This document shows, piece after piece, positions 14,290 through 27,454 of a DNA stretch of 64,000 nucleotides. Positions within the stretch are counted from its first letter, which is position 1; every line of letters starts with the position of its first letter. This DNA is from Klebsormidium nitens. Its lineage: Eukaryota > Plantae > Klebsormidiophyceae. The stretch is taken from positions 1-64,000 of the forward strand of contig DF237026.1 of assembly GCA_000708835.1 (NCBI GenBank). The letters are read 5' to 3'. A program made the translations under genes and the position numbers. The notes under the pieces are model-generated. The model was not told the DNA's origin. It saw only the letters and a list, made by a program, of their open reading frames with translations, and did no database searches.

Positions 14290-15020
14290 ACTTGCCTGGG
14301 ACGATCGACAGTCAGTCACGTGGTCACATTCCTCAAGTCTGCTGTAGCGTTGACCAAGCTCATCGACTTATCACTTGAGGCACGCTTGAACGAACCCCAA
14401 ACCAGGTGGAAGCTCAAAATTATATCAATGTGCACGCCATCGCAACTGTAGGTGCTCACGCAAACGCTTGATGTGCTATGATAGGCCGACCAGGAAGGGG
14501 CCACGCAGTAAGAAAAGCAGAAGCCATTTCGCCACTGAGATATATACGGCTCAATATTGCCAAACCAATCAATCGGAAACTTCCCTAGCTGCTTTCTGGA
14601 CGTCATCTTCGATCCGCATGCTAGACTTCTTGTATAAAGAACACGATGTCGACGTAAACGGCTTTGCACGTTTTAGGGTCCGAGTCGATGACGCAGCTTA
14701 TCGGTGTCAATGGACTCACAAAGCACCAGCAAATTCAAGAATCATAGCGTTTACAGAACTGAATCACCACTGACAGCAGCAGAGTACATTTCCACTACTG
14801 TTGGCAAAATGCTGATTGCCAACGACTATCTCCTCACAGCCGACGAACAAGACAAGATGTCGACCAGGAGAGATGAGGAGAAGCAAACTCTCAACCACGA
14901 AGGCGTTCCAAAACATAAGCAAAGCTGCCGCATCAGAGCTACACACAGCAAATGCAAGTACGCCTCTCCGTCTACGCTCCAGAAGAATTTCGCTCCTGAA
15001 AAGCAGGGCAAACTGATGTT
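14290..15020 (+). mobile_element. Possible degenerate hAT-family transposase C-terminal remnant
   Basis: Plus-strand fragments occur in hAT order: LNEPQTRWK (~14390-14415, cf. xxTRWNS), FLDVIFDPHAR (~14593-14625, cf. LDPRxK) and KAFQNISKAAASELHTANAS...LLKSRAN (~14900-15013, resembling the hAT dimerisation domain FPxLxxLAxxxLxxPASS). Interrupted by stops and frameshifts; motif matches are weak and by eye. Confidence 0.35.
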
Positions 15021-16017
15021 CTCATTGATCGAAGTGTCGGCTCCACACCCCTACAACAGGTCTACCCTTGCTTAATGGTGCTCGGTTGTTGCTAGACCTA
15101 AGAAACATGTTAAAGCTGATAATTTAGTGCCTGCGCCGCTGCTTAATTAGAGTGTCAAACAGTCTGCTCCGCAAAAATTTTATGCGTGACTAGGAGTCAC
15201 ATACTGCCGCTCTCTAAGGCAAGGGGTTTGTCAAAAGCGAAAATTATTCTTAAGTGCCGCAGCCGGCCATGAGGCACGAGCGCGTCTGCTGGGTGCAAGA
15301 ATCGTCGCCAGTTTCAGCACTGCTCAGCTCAGGATACCAGATTCAGCATTGATTCACCCGCACATTCAAAATTGCGCACTTGACAAAAATCAGCACCTCC
15401 GCTTCGGCAAATGCTTCCTCACAAGGAAGCGCAAGTTCAGCGACCGCCTCAACGTCTGCTGACAGTCATTGCGGACCGCAAAGAGAGAGCAGCGGACAAA
15501 CTGTTCAGCGGCAACCAAGTGAGACTCTTCAGTGGCATCCGTTCAATACTGGAAGAAAATTTGAGACACAGAAAAATCATCCAAGCTCGTAAAATAACTC
15601 AACATGTTCAGGCTTTTTGTATGGTAAAACAAGTTGTTTTTCGCGCAATCCTCGAGTGGAAGGCTTGACGCTGTCGCAAGTATGCAGGCATACTAATGCC
15701 TTTCAAACTCCGTTCAGCATTGGCATCAGTGTCTTGGCTGCGGTAGCAAAGTTACGGGTTTGCCAGCGCGTAACCTTCACGGCCAGGACCACTTCTACGC
15801 AGTCACGTATTTGCTTACAAGGGAGATCCGAGTACATAATCGGCAGACTAGTGACACGTGCACAGATTAGAGTCTCGATGCCGCGTTGAAGCACACTTAT
15901 TTAGACGAACTATGAACGTCCAACGATGGTGCTAAAGGCAAAAGACTTGGGCTCTGCAACGTGGTGGCCATTCAGACAAACGCATAGACAAAATCAGGTA
16001 CCTCTCGATCGGCTTAG

Positions 16018-19000
16018 TTAATGTCTTTGTCGTACTAGCTCGCTAAAGGCACGGCCTCGGTGCATGAAGTCTGTAAACTCGTCGAAGCTTGCACACCCGG
16101 GGCTGAGCAGCACGGCATCTCCTGCGTACGGGTCAAGCAAGCCTGGTTCATGGCTTTGCAACAGGACTTGAATCAGAAGGCACCGAAGCGCCCTCTCTTA
16201 AACAGTTTCAGGGATTTCGACAGACACAATTGATTGAACTCCTTTTGATGTCCTGCCCCAAACCCGTTTTACCAGTATGCGCCCTTGTCGTTGCACAGAG
16301 CGTCGGACTGGCTTAGCAGTCATGGCGACCACAAATTCCTTCCGACTTTCGTGCACAACCTTTTGACGGGCACAGCCAGATCTGAAGCCTGATTCAGGAT
16401 CCACCTGTACCACAGGGTCGCTCAACAAGGTCCGAAGATCATTGCCGCGCAATCGCTATTAGGGGAAAGGTCCTGAAAGCCATGCATTCTATATACAGCC
16501 GCCCTTCACCCGTCGAGGGCTGACGATATTTATTGGGGGCCGTCTCACCTCTTTGCGCGATCAAGCTCGCCCGCTCGACCGCGTCCTTGAGCTTCGGAAG
16601 CGTGTGCACCGGAAGGCCGACGCCGCTGTCCGCCAGCTCAGCAGCAATCTCTGGTCCGTGCTCCCCAAACTGCGGCGGTTACAATTGAGAAGCACGTGAG
16701 CAAAGTATGATGTTATGTGCCTTTGATTGTGACAATTGAAGAAGATCAGCTTCAGACTAGACGGCTAAGTAAGTTCGTGGATTTGAGAACATGGATAAGC
16801 TGCGGGTCATCACCAGCACTGCCCGCTACAAAAGTAAAGAGCAGCCCCGCTTGTTCAGTTGATGCCCCAATCACCCTCACCCGCAGAACTTTCCATGCAT
16901 CCCCGTACTTCCCTGACCGATAAGAAGCGCATGCGAAGGGACGGCTTCGCTCACCGCAATAACTGCTCGATGGCCTGCTAACGCCGTTTTCAGGCGGTCA
17001 AACCCGAACGGCATCCCGGGTTGATCTACCTGGAAACAAGTCGAGAACTTTCAAAGCGACGCCATAGGTGGTCGTCTCATGTAGAGACTTACCACACCGC
17101 TGTTCCTTTACTTTGCAGCTTTTCAGAATGATTTGGATTTTCGGACCGTTTGCAAGAAACGGAGTGTATCATTGGGAGAGGGGAGGCCTTTACGATGTTA
17201 TTTGGGGACGTGCTCCAGAATCGACCCTGTCAGGACCCTGTAACCACGGCAAGGCTGTTACACCATAGATCAGCTAGTGACGGAGTGTTAAATCCACAAG
17301 TTTCAACACCTTTATCGTCCACCTCATTTCTAGGGGTTTCCACGACCAAGGTAAGAGAACCCACACCTTTGCCCGGCCCCCTAGAAGCACGACAGCTTTA
17401 CGCCCCTGCACCCCCCTGATCCCGACCATGCTCGCTTCCACGTTCGTAGCTTTCGAGTCGTCGATCCAAAGGACGCCCTCCGAGTCCTCGATAACTGCAA
17501 CTCGGAAGGACAAGAATGAGCATGAGATATTGCAAAGCTTTCCTGAGTTGTGACCCTTTATTGGAGATTCGCACCAAGCTTGGAAAGGCCCCGATTCAAA
17601 AAATGACATTGGAGTCCTTCACGGAAAGTCGTGATCGATCTGGACGCCATCCTCGACGGACAAAGGGGCGCTTTCTGACTACAAGCCAGGATGACATCGA
17701 GCCGCCAAAGGCTCGAAGAGCATTAAAGGCGTTTCATTTCAGATTACAGAACGCTGCATCCGTCCTCTTTTCAATCGAGGAGCCGCACAATACATCTCAT
17801 GTCGTCCTGCAACGGCGAGCCTCGCATGAGCACCCTAACCCTACGGAAGTGACCGTTTCGAGCCCTTCCAAAAACTTCAGGACAAGAAACTCATGTTGTA
17901 AAATTTTCGTCCTCACCCCACCGCTCAAAGCACACTCAAAGCTCACCCTAAACTAACATAGTTCCTGCCCAACCCCCTCACCTATTTCCATTCTATGCGG
18001 CGGCGGCTGCAGCGTCGGCAGCGCTCGCTGGACGTCATCTTGCGTCAGCCCCAGGCCGAGCGAGAGCGCCAGGAGAGCCGCGGTTCCGGCGTTGTGGGCG
18101 TTGTGGGCTCCCAGACACCGCAGGACAGAAAGGTCGAGGAGGGCTTCCGGTCCGCCCCCTGGAACGGCGACGATGGCCCGTCGGCAAGAGCTGTCGAGCT
18201 GCATAACAGGGAAACTTTGTCGGTTCTAATATCAGCCTTATTGTGATACGTAAGGCGTTACTATAATGGGACTATTCAGGCTTGGCTTCCCAAACACCGC
18301 AGGACGGAAAGGTCGAGGAGGGCTTCCGGTCCATCCCCCGGAACGGCGACGATGGCTGGTCGACAAGAGCTGTCGAGCTGCATACCACGGAGAACTTGGT
18401 TGGGTTCGAAGACGAGCCCTTTTTGTGACAGTGAACGTTCTTCCGAGTGCGCTATAAGCTGTGGTACCGGCGTTAGCACCGCAGACGAAAAGGTCGAGAA
18501 GTAGCTCGGGTTCGCCCCCCCGAGTAGCGAACGATGGCCTGTCGACAAGAGCTGTCCAGCTGCACACTGCAGAAACTAAAGTCGGTTGTTTTGATGAGTT
18601 GCCCATATTGACGTTCAAATCGTTACTACAGGTTTGCCAACTGGCGTAAGAGTCCTTAGCACCGGCAGAACTGAAAGGTTGGAAGAGCCTCCGGTCCGCC
18701 ACTTGGAACGGCGAGAATAGCTCGTCGACACTAGTTGTCGAGCTACATGGAGGCGATGCGCTTTAGCCGTTGAGTTAAGGACAACAGTTGAAAAAGGTGA
18801 AAGTACCTGACACGCACGGCCTAATGAGGGGCTGGAAACGTGCTCTCTTTAAAAAATAGGAATCCCCTATGCCGAAGAAAGCACGGGTATGTGCGTAAAA
18901 CACAGTGACCGATCACTTGCAGATATCGCTTAGCAAATCGGAGATTGCTAAAATTGTACGGTAAGGCGACCCCTATCTCCCGCAGACAGCGACTGTGAGG

Positions 19001-22000
19001 GAGGGAGAGGTACTCCGACCTTTTCATAGGAAGTTTCCGGGTTCCTGAAAGCAGGCGAGATTCAGCTCCGCTCCGAGAAGGACGGAATCGAGGCGGTAAC
19101 GCACCTGCACCCCGGGCAAGGCCCCCAGCCACGCCCGCAGTCCGTCCGAGTTGGATTCGATTGCAAGGCGCCGCAGGAACGAGTCACCTGATACAAAGAG
19201 TCCCACTGTGAATCAAGAATTACATATCAAGCAAGCGTTTCGAAGTTGCAAAGTTTCGGTTCGGAAGCGTATTCGGATCCAGTTAAGTCGAATATCGAAG
19301 CTCGTCATGAGTAGGTTCAAATGGTCAATACAAAGGTGGTACCCGAGCCCAAAGCTTTGGACTTGGCGGAAACCCTGGCTGAAAAGAAGCGTGATACCTT
19401 GTACTTTTACATGGCGAGCGAAAAGTAGTCTGCTTGCCGTTCACCAGCACAGTCGTTCCTGAAAATTTGCTCTAAAAGCAAACAACGGTTTTAAACAGGC
19501 AGAACGACCACCACGAGCATGGACCTGAGGGCCGTTTGTTCTGCTTTCGCCCGGTGCCAGCTGAGCAATCAGACTGCAAGCTTTTTCTACATATCGTTGA
19601 TTTTACTTGAATCACAAACTTCCAGGTAATGCTTTTCTAGAGAAGAAGAAACAAAAACCACGGGAGACTTTGCACCTTGTGGAATGGCGGCAATCTGGCT
19701 ACTGCTCATGTTGCGAAAAAGGGCGCACTTCGCGGCGCCGTACGCTTCCATGTTCCCGTGCCGCTCTAGATGATCAGGGGTAAGGTTCAAAACAACGCCC
19801 ACCTGGGAAGGGAGCGACGAGAAAAGGGTGAGGAAGTCATTCGTATCAGCTTCCGGGTTAGCAGGGCCTTCAGAAACAGAAGACGAACCCTCGGGTATCA
19901 AAAGTCGGAGGAATTTCATTACAGAAACGACTGGGTGAGGTACAGGTAAATACAGAAGACTGCGTTCACGTGTTTCTGGTGGCGCTCTGGGGCGCGGTAA
20001 TGCTTCTGCATCAAAATTGAGTACAGGACGACTTTCTCTACAGGACGACTTCCTCGTCCTCCAGACAAAAAAGATGTCCGAGAAAACACGCTGCTTTTTG
20101 CACAGGCACTGAGCGGATTCCTGAACTTCGGCTTAGCATTAGTGAAGAAAGAGCTTGACATTGTTGGCAACACCATTGCCAACGACCGCCTCCTCATCGC
20201 CAAAGATCAGTTACTCATTTTAACTCTTGCATAAACAGATTCTATGTTGCGGGTACCAACATGGTGGACACAAGAGGGCACCAACGCCATATCCACCATT
20301 CAAAGAAGCACTTTGGGAACGGCACGCAATCGCTCTTAGCCTCTGAAAAGGGCATGAGGGTTTAGCCGGCTACTGGCTTCGGTTTGAGCTCGTGGTAAGT
20401 GCTTCGGCCCGCTGCAAGTCCAGATGGTTCCCAACGCTACAATCGAGCAATTGAGCACGACTCCAAAGGCTTCTCCCGTGCAGCAATAAAGGGAGGTTGA
20501 CACGTAATCTACCAGACCCCTCGCACTTGACACGCCAAGCAAGACGAGCGAACTTCCAAGCCTGAGGGTTCGTTGGCTGGCTACTTGGCATGCTAACAAC
20601 CCTGAACAACGGACTTCACGAAAGGAGCTTGAGATTGAAAGGTGACTGCCTTGATATCTGCAAAGGATGCTGAATGATCCGATGGCAAGTCGCCTGTAGA
20701 TACGTCCTCATAGCCAGGCCAGAGAGGAGAAGCGACTCCTAGCTTGGACACTGAAATATTTCTTGTCTTGTCAAGGATTGCTTTCACAGCTCCTCGTTTC
20801 GGTGGACAACATAATGGAACAGAGACGATGCTCAGTTGGCATCAGGATGATGGGGACGGATGGCACGTCCCACGAAACGGACATGCCATCGGCATTGTCG
20901 TCATGGCCAGCGATATTCCAAAGGACGGCTACCAACTTACAATGGAGTGCAACATCTGCCAAGGCCACGCATCCCGAAAAGACCAACCCTGGATGGGCAG
21001 CCATATGCAGGTCCGAAACATGGCGCGCTCACGGAGTTGACGAGACCACAGGTTACTAAGAATATCGAGTGGAATACCGTGGCAGCGGAAGAGAACCCAC
21101 GGTTTGCTTCGAGAAGTACGATACTAGCACTTTGAGGGTAGCACATGCTCCTGGGTGGCCTCAGAAGGAGAGGCGTAATGAGAGCAGACGCTCAAACGCC
21201 ATTGTCGTCAAGGCCAATGTGAAGAAAGACGAACACAGGAGGATCGAGAAATTGGATTGGACTTTGTCGCTCGTCATCTTCAAGAAGAGATTCCAAGAGC
21301 AGAAAGAACAAACATCAGAAAAGATTTGTCTTCGTCATCACGTCTTCTATCAGATGACATGACCGACGCAGAAACGGGCACGGACATAAGCAGGACTTCC
21401 TGACGGTGATTCCTGTGAAGCCTTGATCAAAGTGGCAACTTCGTTGAGCACAAAATCTCTTTCAAAGAAATACCAGCACTTGAACAGCGTACGTAACGAG
21501 AAGGCCTTTTCGTTTCTTGATCTTGAAGTTTTGGAAAAGCCAAGTGGGCTCCTTAACGGGCATAAGGCCCAAACTGGATGCGGCAAGCAGCGTGCCGGCA
21601 AACGTGTGGTCACAGCCAAAGCCAATGGTCGAACAGAAGATTAAGATAGATGAGGCGATAGAGATTCGAGTATGAGCAGACCATGCACCAGCCGAGGATA
21701 TTCGAGCAGTGTAACCGCTCGCTCACTCCTTCGTTGCCTCCATGCTACACGCCCAAAGAGTGAAACAGCAAGAGCGGAGACAATAATGTTTAGCGTCCTT
21801 GATGTCGACGTTACTTGAGGCTGACACTTTAAGAAAGGGCATTTTAAGATCGCACATAAGAAAACGGTGGCTTGTAATGACCTCAGGGTCAACGTGGTCT
21901 TCGATTCGTCGGATCCGCCAGCGAACAGCATCGTCAAAGCCAACGCAGGCACAAACAGAAGCGGGCACCTAGAGTCATAAGGGTTGTATCAAATCGGAGG

Positions 22001-25000
22001 GGATTATTGCGCCAGTTGGCGTCTTGGTGATATAAAGGAGGAACGCACCAAGGCTCACGGTGGCGGAGTAAGAGGACCATAAATGACGACAAACGGCAAA
22101 CTGTTCAGGTGTGCAAGCGCCCATGAGAAGAAACGCGGCAGACTATGCCCGTCTCACAGTCAGCGAGGTGACGTAGTACAGCCAAGCGAGCTAACACTTG
22201 AAAAACATGGGAAAATGGGCACTCGAAAAACTGTCTAGAAAGACCTCTGCGTGAGCCAGCAATAGAGCACGGTACCCAACGCTCGTCTCAAATGGACAGA
22301 AGTTTCCAAACAATTGCATCTCGGTCAACGCCAAGGAACGGGCTAATGTGTAAAGCAGATCCCGGGACAGAGACTCAAAAGCCGGGACGAATTCGGGCAG
22401 CGTTCAAACTGGAAAAGTTGGTGCTACATCGTCGACATGGCCAACGGGAGACGAGATAAGGCTCTGAAAGGAGGACGCAATGTAGTAAAAGCTTATGCGC
22501 ATTGCTTCTCAAGCAGTTTTCCTGGTGAAGCGAGCACAGGACACAGAAGATAGCATTCTCTTGGCTCTAGATTGCTCCAATGTCGCGACGGCACGAGGAC
22601 AATCCAGTACAAGTTTCGTCATAGCCAGCACCAAAAGCTGATGAAGCAAGAATTGCATCCTTGGACTTCGTCAGAACCTGATTCGCTGATTGCACACAAA
22701 CTACTTGTAACAACAATCAAGACTACACATGGAGGAATGGCGCCTCCTACCCAAGTATCATCCTTTCGTCTCAATCATTAAGTACAGACGACTACTCAGC
22801 CGGGAACTTCTCTAGGCGACAACGCCGTCTGCCTTCGAACCGAACTCGTTTCGACCAACAACCAGCAAAGCATACGCCAGTTGAAAGGCCCATTTTTTTG
22901 TTTGATATACGAGGGCTTTAGGCACTCGCAAAAAAAATGGTAGCAGACACCCTCTTTGGCGTTCAGGCCAGATGGATGATGTTCGGTGTTCTCTTCGAAT
23001 GCCGTTCAACCCACCCTAGCGAAACGCTTTAGAGAGTAAGTTAAGGAACGCACGACCAAACAACCACTGGCTTACCAAAGTCGACAAGATACGAGATAGC
23101 AGGACAACAACTTCATGACAAAAAAACAGGGGGGCTATATCATGAAAGTTGTACTTTGCAGATGGCTATCCGACACGATCACCAAGTGCAAAACAGACTT
23201 TAATTGAGCCTTGCAATGCATGTTGTGTTTTAAACAAGAAACATATCTGCATGTCCCTTAAAACCCTCCGCTTTGCGGGTGACAAGATTGCGGAGACGTC
23301 ATCATCGCCGCACAAGGGGCAGAAGCAAGCAGTTGAGAAACCTTTGCACGCCCTTCAGTGAGTACAGTAAGCAATAGAAAACGCTGCAGTGTAGAGCGTC
23401 GATGGAGGCCAGAATGGGGCAGCGTAATTGTCCAATCGAATGTGACAAACGGCTGGGTTTCAAAGCAAACAGCAAGACCAATCGCCAGAACCAATTCTAG
23501 TTGCACGGGTGCAGCAATCCACGCAACAACGGCCAGAAGATTGATCCGAGCAGGAAAACAAAGGAAAACGCCGGTACAGTATGCACGATGCAAAAAAGCA
23601 AAACTCTGCTGTCTCCAAAGCTTTGGCTTGGAACGGCCGACGAAGGTGACTGCGACCTCAGTGTAGCAGAGTAAATCACTACCTGTGACCCACGTCCGAC
23701 CCACTTACAAGGTCCATACGACACTTATTCTCTCTTAAAGTGCCGGGCGTTTTTGCCCAACTTATAGCTAAGAAACAAATGTCGTGTGCATGGGCTTGCT
23801 CAAAGTCACAGAGACGAGAAGATATGAAAGAGCTCGCCCCGACTCTGTCATTGGCTGACGACCACACGGGTGGCCTATGTAGTCAGCCCTCCTTTCTGAG
23901 AGCCCTTTTCCAAACTAAACACTCAAATAAATAAGGCATTTATTTACAAATGTCTCATACGCAAAAGCTACCGAATTGGTCGGAGCCAACAAATCAGCCA
24001 GGAGCAAAGTGCTTGTACAGAGTAGTCTACGCGTTACTGCAGGGACTCATCTCGGACCAACCTGTGTAAAGCAGATGACGGCTCCGGATTTGTTGAACGA
24101 GAACAACTCAATTGTAGCAGACGGTGATAAGACCAGAGTGAATGAAAACATTGGCTCACCTTAGGGTTTAAAGAACCAGGGAACTGCAGTTGGTAGCTGC
24201 TGACCTCTACAATAGCTGCCTGCGCGAAAAGCTCTCATGTCAGTATGAGCCGTCTTAAAAATGTTACGCAAGCTCAGGAAGAGCGGGTTAGACAGGTGAG
24301 TTGGACGCGTCTGGCATTGAGACTCATGCCCGACATCTTGTCTTCCAAGTACCGCAGCCTAGTGCTTTTTCTCATCAAAGGCAGCTCAAGAGAATTGATC
24401 CGTCTAGGGCAGCGGCCAAGAACGGGGAAGTGATCGACACCCACTTCGAGCGAGATGCAATCGCAACGTCCTCCAACACCTCAATTGGTTGGTGGTCCGA
24501 GCGTGGCTCGCAAAGAGTATCGAAGTGAAGAGAGGCAGATAAGAGCCGCTCTGATACAACTTGTACACTAACGTAATGTCTTCGACGGTTGGAGACTACG
24601 ACGACCTGACTAAGCAAGCCAAATGCGCCGGATGTGACCCACTTCCAAAGTCTTCATTGCCGAGACTCGGCCGTCACCTGGTATGGAGGGTCGTCTGGCG
24701 GGAAGGCCAGGCACTCTAGGGCCGCCACTGACAGGGGCGTGCCGAGATTTCCGCCGAGGAAGGGCCGTTTGCCCGCCTCCCGGAGAATCTGCACACGAGG
24801 CCCTGATTCTTAGGTTATGATTTCGTCAACGCATCGTTTCAAGAACAAACACTGGCACGGCTCAATAGAGGGAACCAGTTTGGAACTCCACCACTTTGAG
24901 TTCCAGACGCCAGGGTGACGGCACCAGCTCGTTTTCCTGGCGAAGGAAGCCAACTGAATACAAAGCTTTTAGAAACGGACACACCACACTTGCTTCCTTG

Positions 25001-27454
25001 GGGACTTTTGCTGCGTTTGAAAGTCGACTTCTCAAGCGGGTAGAGACTTCGTTCTTGGGACGTGGTCACGGAATAGTGCTCCAAACATTCGGGGAAGCAC
25101 GAGAAACCGTCACGCTTGTGAGCAGAAACCAACAAGTGCACAGACGGCGGATCCTGATGAAAGAAACGAGGCGAAGTCGAGGAAAAGTAGGATTGCGGTA
25201 TGGGGCGAAGAACAAACTCCGTGTTGAGCAAGGTTTCGAGAACACTGAAGAAACCAAGGACGTGACAGTGGTACCGATAAAGACACCAGGAAAAGCAGCC
25301 ATCGTCGATTGAGGGCCACGCAGAACCAGCAGGAATCAGCTTGCAAAGCCACGTTCAACCTGCGGATCAGTAAACCGGCTTGTCACGGCAACAGTTTCAA
25401 AATCCTCTGGAAAAGTAAAAAACCGTTAGCTAGAGCATGGCAGAGTGAACAAAGAGAACTTTCCACTTAGCAAAGATTCCATGAGCACAGCTGCCCACCT
25501 GTCCTGTAAACGTCGTGACTGTCGACTTTCCGTTGGTCCCCGTTATGGCTGCCATGGGCATGGATGAAGGCAGGGCCTCCGCAGCAAAAGCAAGCTCCGA
25601 GATTGCAGGAACACCCTGCACGGGTATGAAACGGACGGGTATCAAGCTGACGAACTTGAAGCGAAGTGCAGATGGATAAACCCATAGACGAACAAAGAAC
25701 CCATGCGTCCCTAGCAGAAAATCAGCGGATGGTATTGTTGGCAAGCGTGTCATAGTGGAAAGCTGTTCGGAAAAGAGGGAGGATGTGGTATGGACGCACA
25801 GGAGTAAGAAGCACTGCCCAACGAAAGCCGATTCCTCACACAACACCTAAAATACCGGAAACAACTACTTTTGCAATTTCCCTTACCATACTACTAAGAA
25901 AAGTCTAGGAATACAGGACAGCCAAATATATCCTTCTCGAAACTGTCTCAAAGGACCGCCCTCGAGTGTTCTAATACCTTCAAGACTCCGTTTTCTTTGC
26001 AGAATGTCAGAACTATCAAGGCACGGATTCTGCGTGTAAATCGACTCAATAGAGCGTGGATGCCAAATTTGTACATTGCCACTCTGTGGTGATTTGGAAG
26101 AGATCGAAGGCGTTTGCCGCTTACTGCTTCTAGTGCTGCCGCAATCTCTGTCTGAACGGGGTTTACACCAGGTGACATAATAAGCAGATCCGCGTTTGCC
26201 AGTGTTGCTCGGTTGTGTGGGCCAAGGTCGACTTGCAGTCGAGCAAGGTCTAGACCGGCAAAGTGCTCCTCGTCCTGAACGTCAGTGAAGAGGAAGGATA
26301 TGAGTCCTACTTTACATTTAGAAGCGAGAAGCTTGAAGCTTCAAGGATCGAGACAGTGTTCTCCAAATGATTAGCGTTGAGGCGATGCCAAACTACCAGC
26401 AGAAAAGCCTGCAGTTGCACGGGCAGGAAAAATGGAGGGAATACCTCCAGAGCGATCGAGAAAGATGTTTGACATAGTTGAGGAAAGTCGATGAAATGCA
26501 CTTGTTCGAATTCAGCCGGAGGCAATTCACCTGGAGTGGCTTCATGTCTTCTCTCCTATCGCAAGCAGTCACGCGCTCCGCTCCCCTTGCCAAAGCTAGA
26601 CGAGCGGCTGCCTTTCCACTGGCGCCCAAACCAACAACCTGCCCAAAGCGTGCAATCGTTGTCATCTGGATTGTATTTGCCTGGTCATGCAGCGAAGTTC
26701 TGTGTTCAAATTTTTCATATTCCAACTGTGCATATGAGCCGCGATGCTTATGCTTATAAACGGCCCCTGCTTCAAGACCTCAGTACAGAAATTGCGCTGC
26801 AACAGGACTTCTTTCTGCAAGTCTCTTGTATTCATCCCTCCAACCATCAAATAAGGAGGAGCAGCCCCACAGCAAGAACAGCGTAGCTTGGTGCAGCAAC
26901 TTCTAGAAAATGCACGCATTGGAGTGACTATGTGCAGACTTACCACTACAGACTTGCCTTGGAGGTCACCCTGTCTGACACCCTGTGTCGTGGGCCCTGG
27001 TGTATTGTCAGCTGATGCTTTTGTGATGCAACCTGAAAAGGAAAGAGAAGCATAGTCTGCCAAAGCATATCATCCCAAACTAGCTGCGGGTTGTGGACAC
27101 GACTAGAGGACCCCCCCAGTGCATCAATTCCTTCATCTCGGGCAAGAACAGCTGCTCATGCACAAGTACATAGATGCATTTGAGACCTTGCCACCATCGC
27201 AGATGCCAATAAAGCAAACAAATAGCTTTTGCAGACCGACATGTCTTCATGACCGTGCTTCTTCCCATTTTCTCAAAAGGCTGAGACCTACCTCGTTTCC
27301 TAACCACCCCATGCTTCCCGCTTTTCCGTCTGGTTGTTTTGCAAGACTTTGCTATGGAAGAGCTGTTCTGCTCCGTTGCTTGCTGTTTCTGCAACCTTCT
27401 GATAAAAGCATTGGCCAGCCCTGTTTCAGGGCTGATTGCCAAAGTGCGTGACAT
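16018..27454 (-). CDS. murD: UDP-N-acetylmuramoyl-L-alanine--D-glutamate ligase (MurD), nuclear-encoded, probably plastid-targeted; 14 exons, about 550 aa
   Basis: Exons (minus): 27454-27292, 27032-26944, 26638-26531, 26274-26125, 25615-25499, 24788-24678, 24219-24160, 19802-19676, 19187-19105, 18198-17982, 17494-17367, 17029-16955, 16669-16549, 16121-16018. All GT-AG with consistent phases (1653 nt). Motifs: [87 protein letters not shown]-rich N-terminus resembles a transit peptide; exon 1 is the least certain. Confidence 0.93.
18201..18750 (-). repeat. Three decayed tandem copies of the murD intron 9/exon 10 junction (acceptor plus about 90 nt of exon)
   Basis: The real acceptor is at 18199-18200; copies have acceptors at 18378-79, 18560-61 and 18743-44 (spacing 179, 182, 183 nt). 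Copy 1 translates [31 protein letters not shown] against the true [31 protein letters not shown]. Confidence 0.9.
20400..21950 (+). mobile_element. Degenerate Ty3/gypsy RNaseH-integrase fragment inside murD intron 7 (antisense to murD)
   Basis: Plus-strand fragments: LRVRWLATW and ELEIE (~20560-20640, RNaseH end); integrase zinc motif [14 protein letters not shown] (~20920-20960); [10 protein letters not shown] (~21483, cf. SDNGxxFxS) and GHKAQTG (~21558, cf. YHPQTDG). The host intron 19803-24159 is 4.36 kb, far longer than the other murD introns. Confidence 0.55.

Noticed and set aside
480-15900. Possible endogenous giant-virus or bacterial insertion
   Set aside because: Recognisable fragments are gypsy gag/pol motifs; no viral hallmark or operon-like genes were seen.
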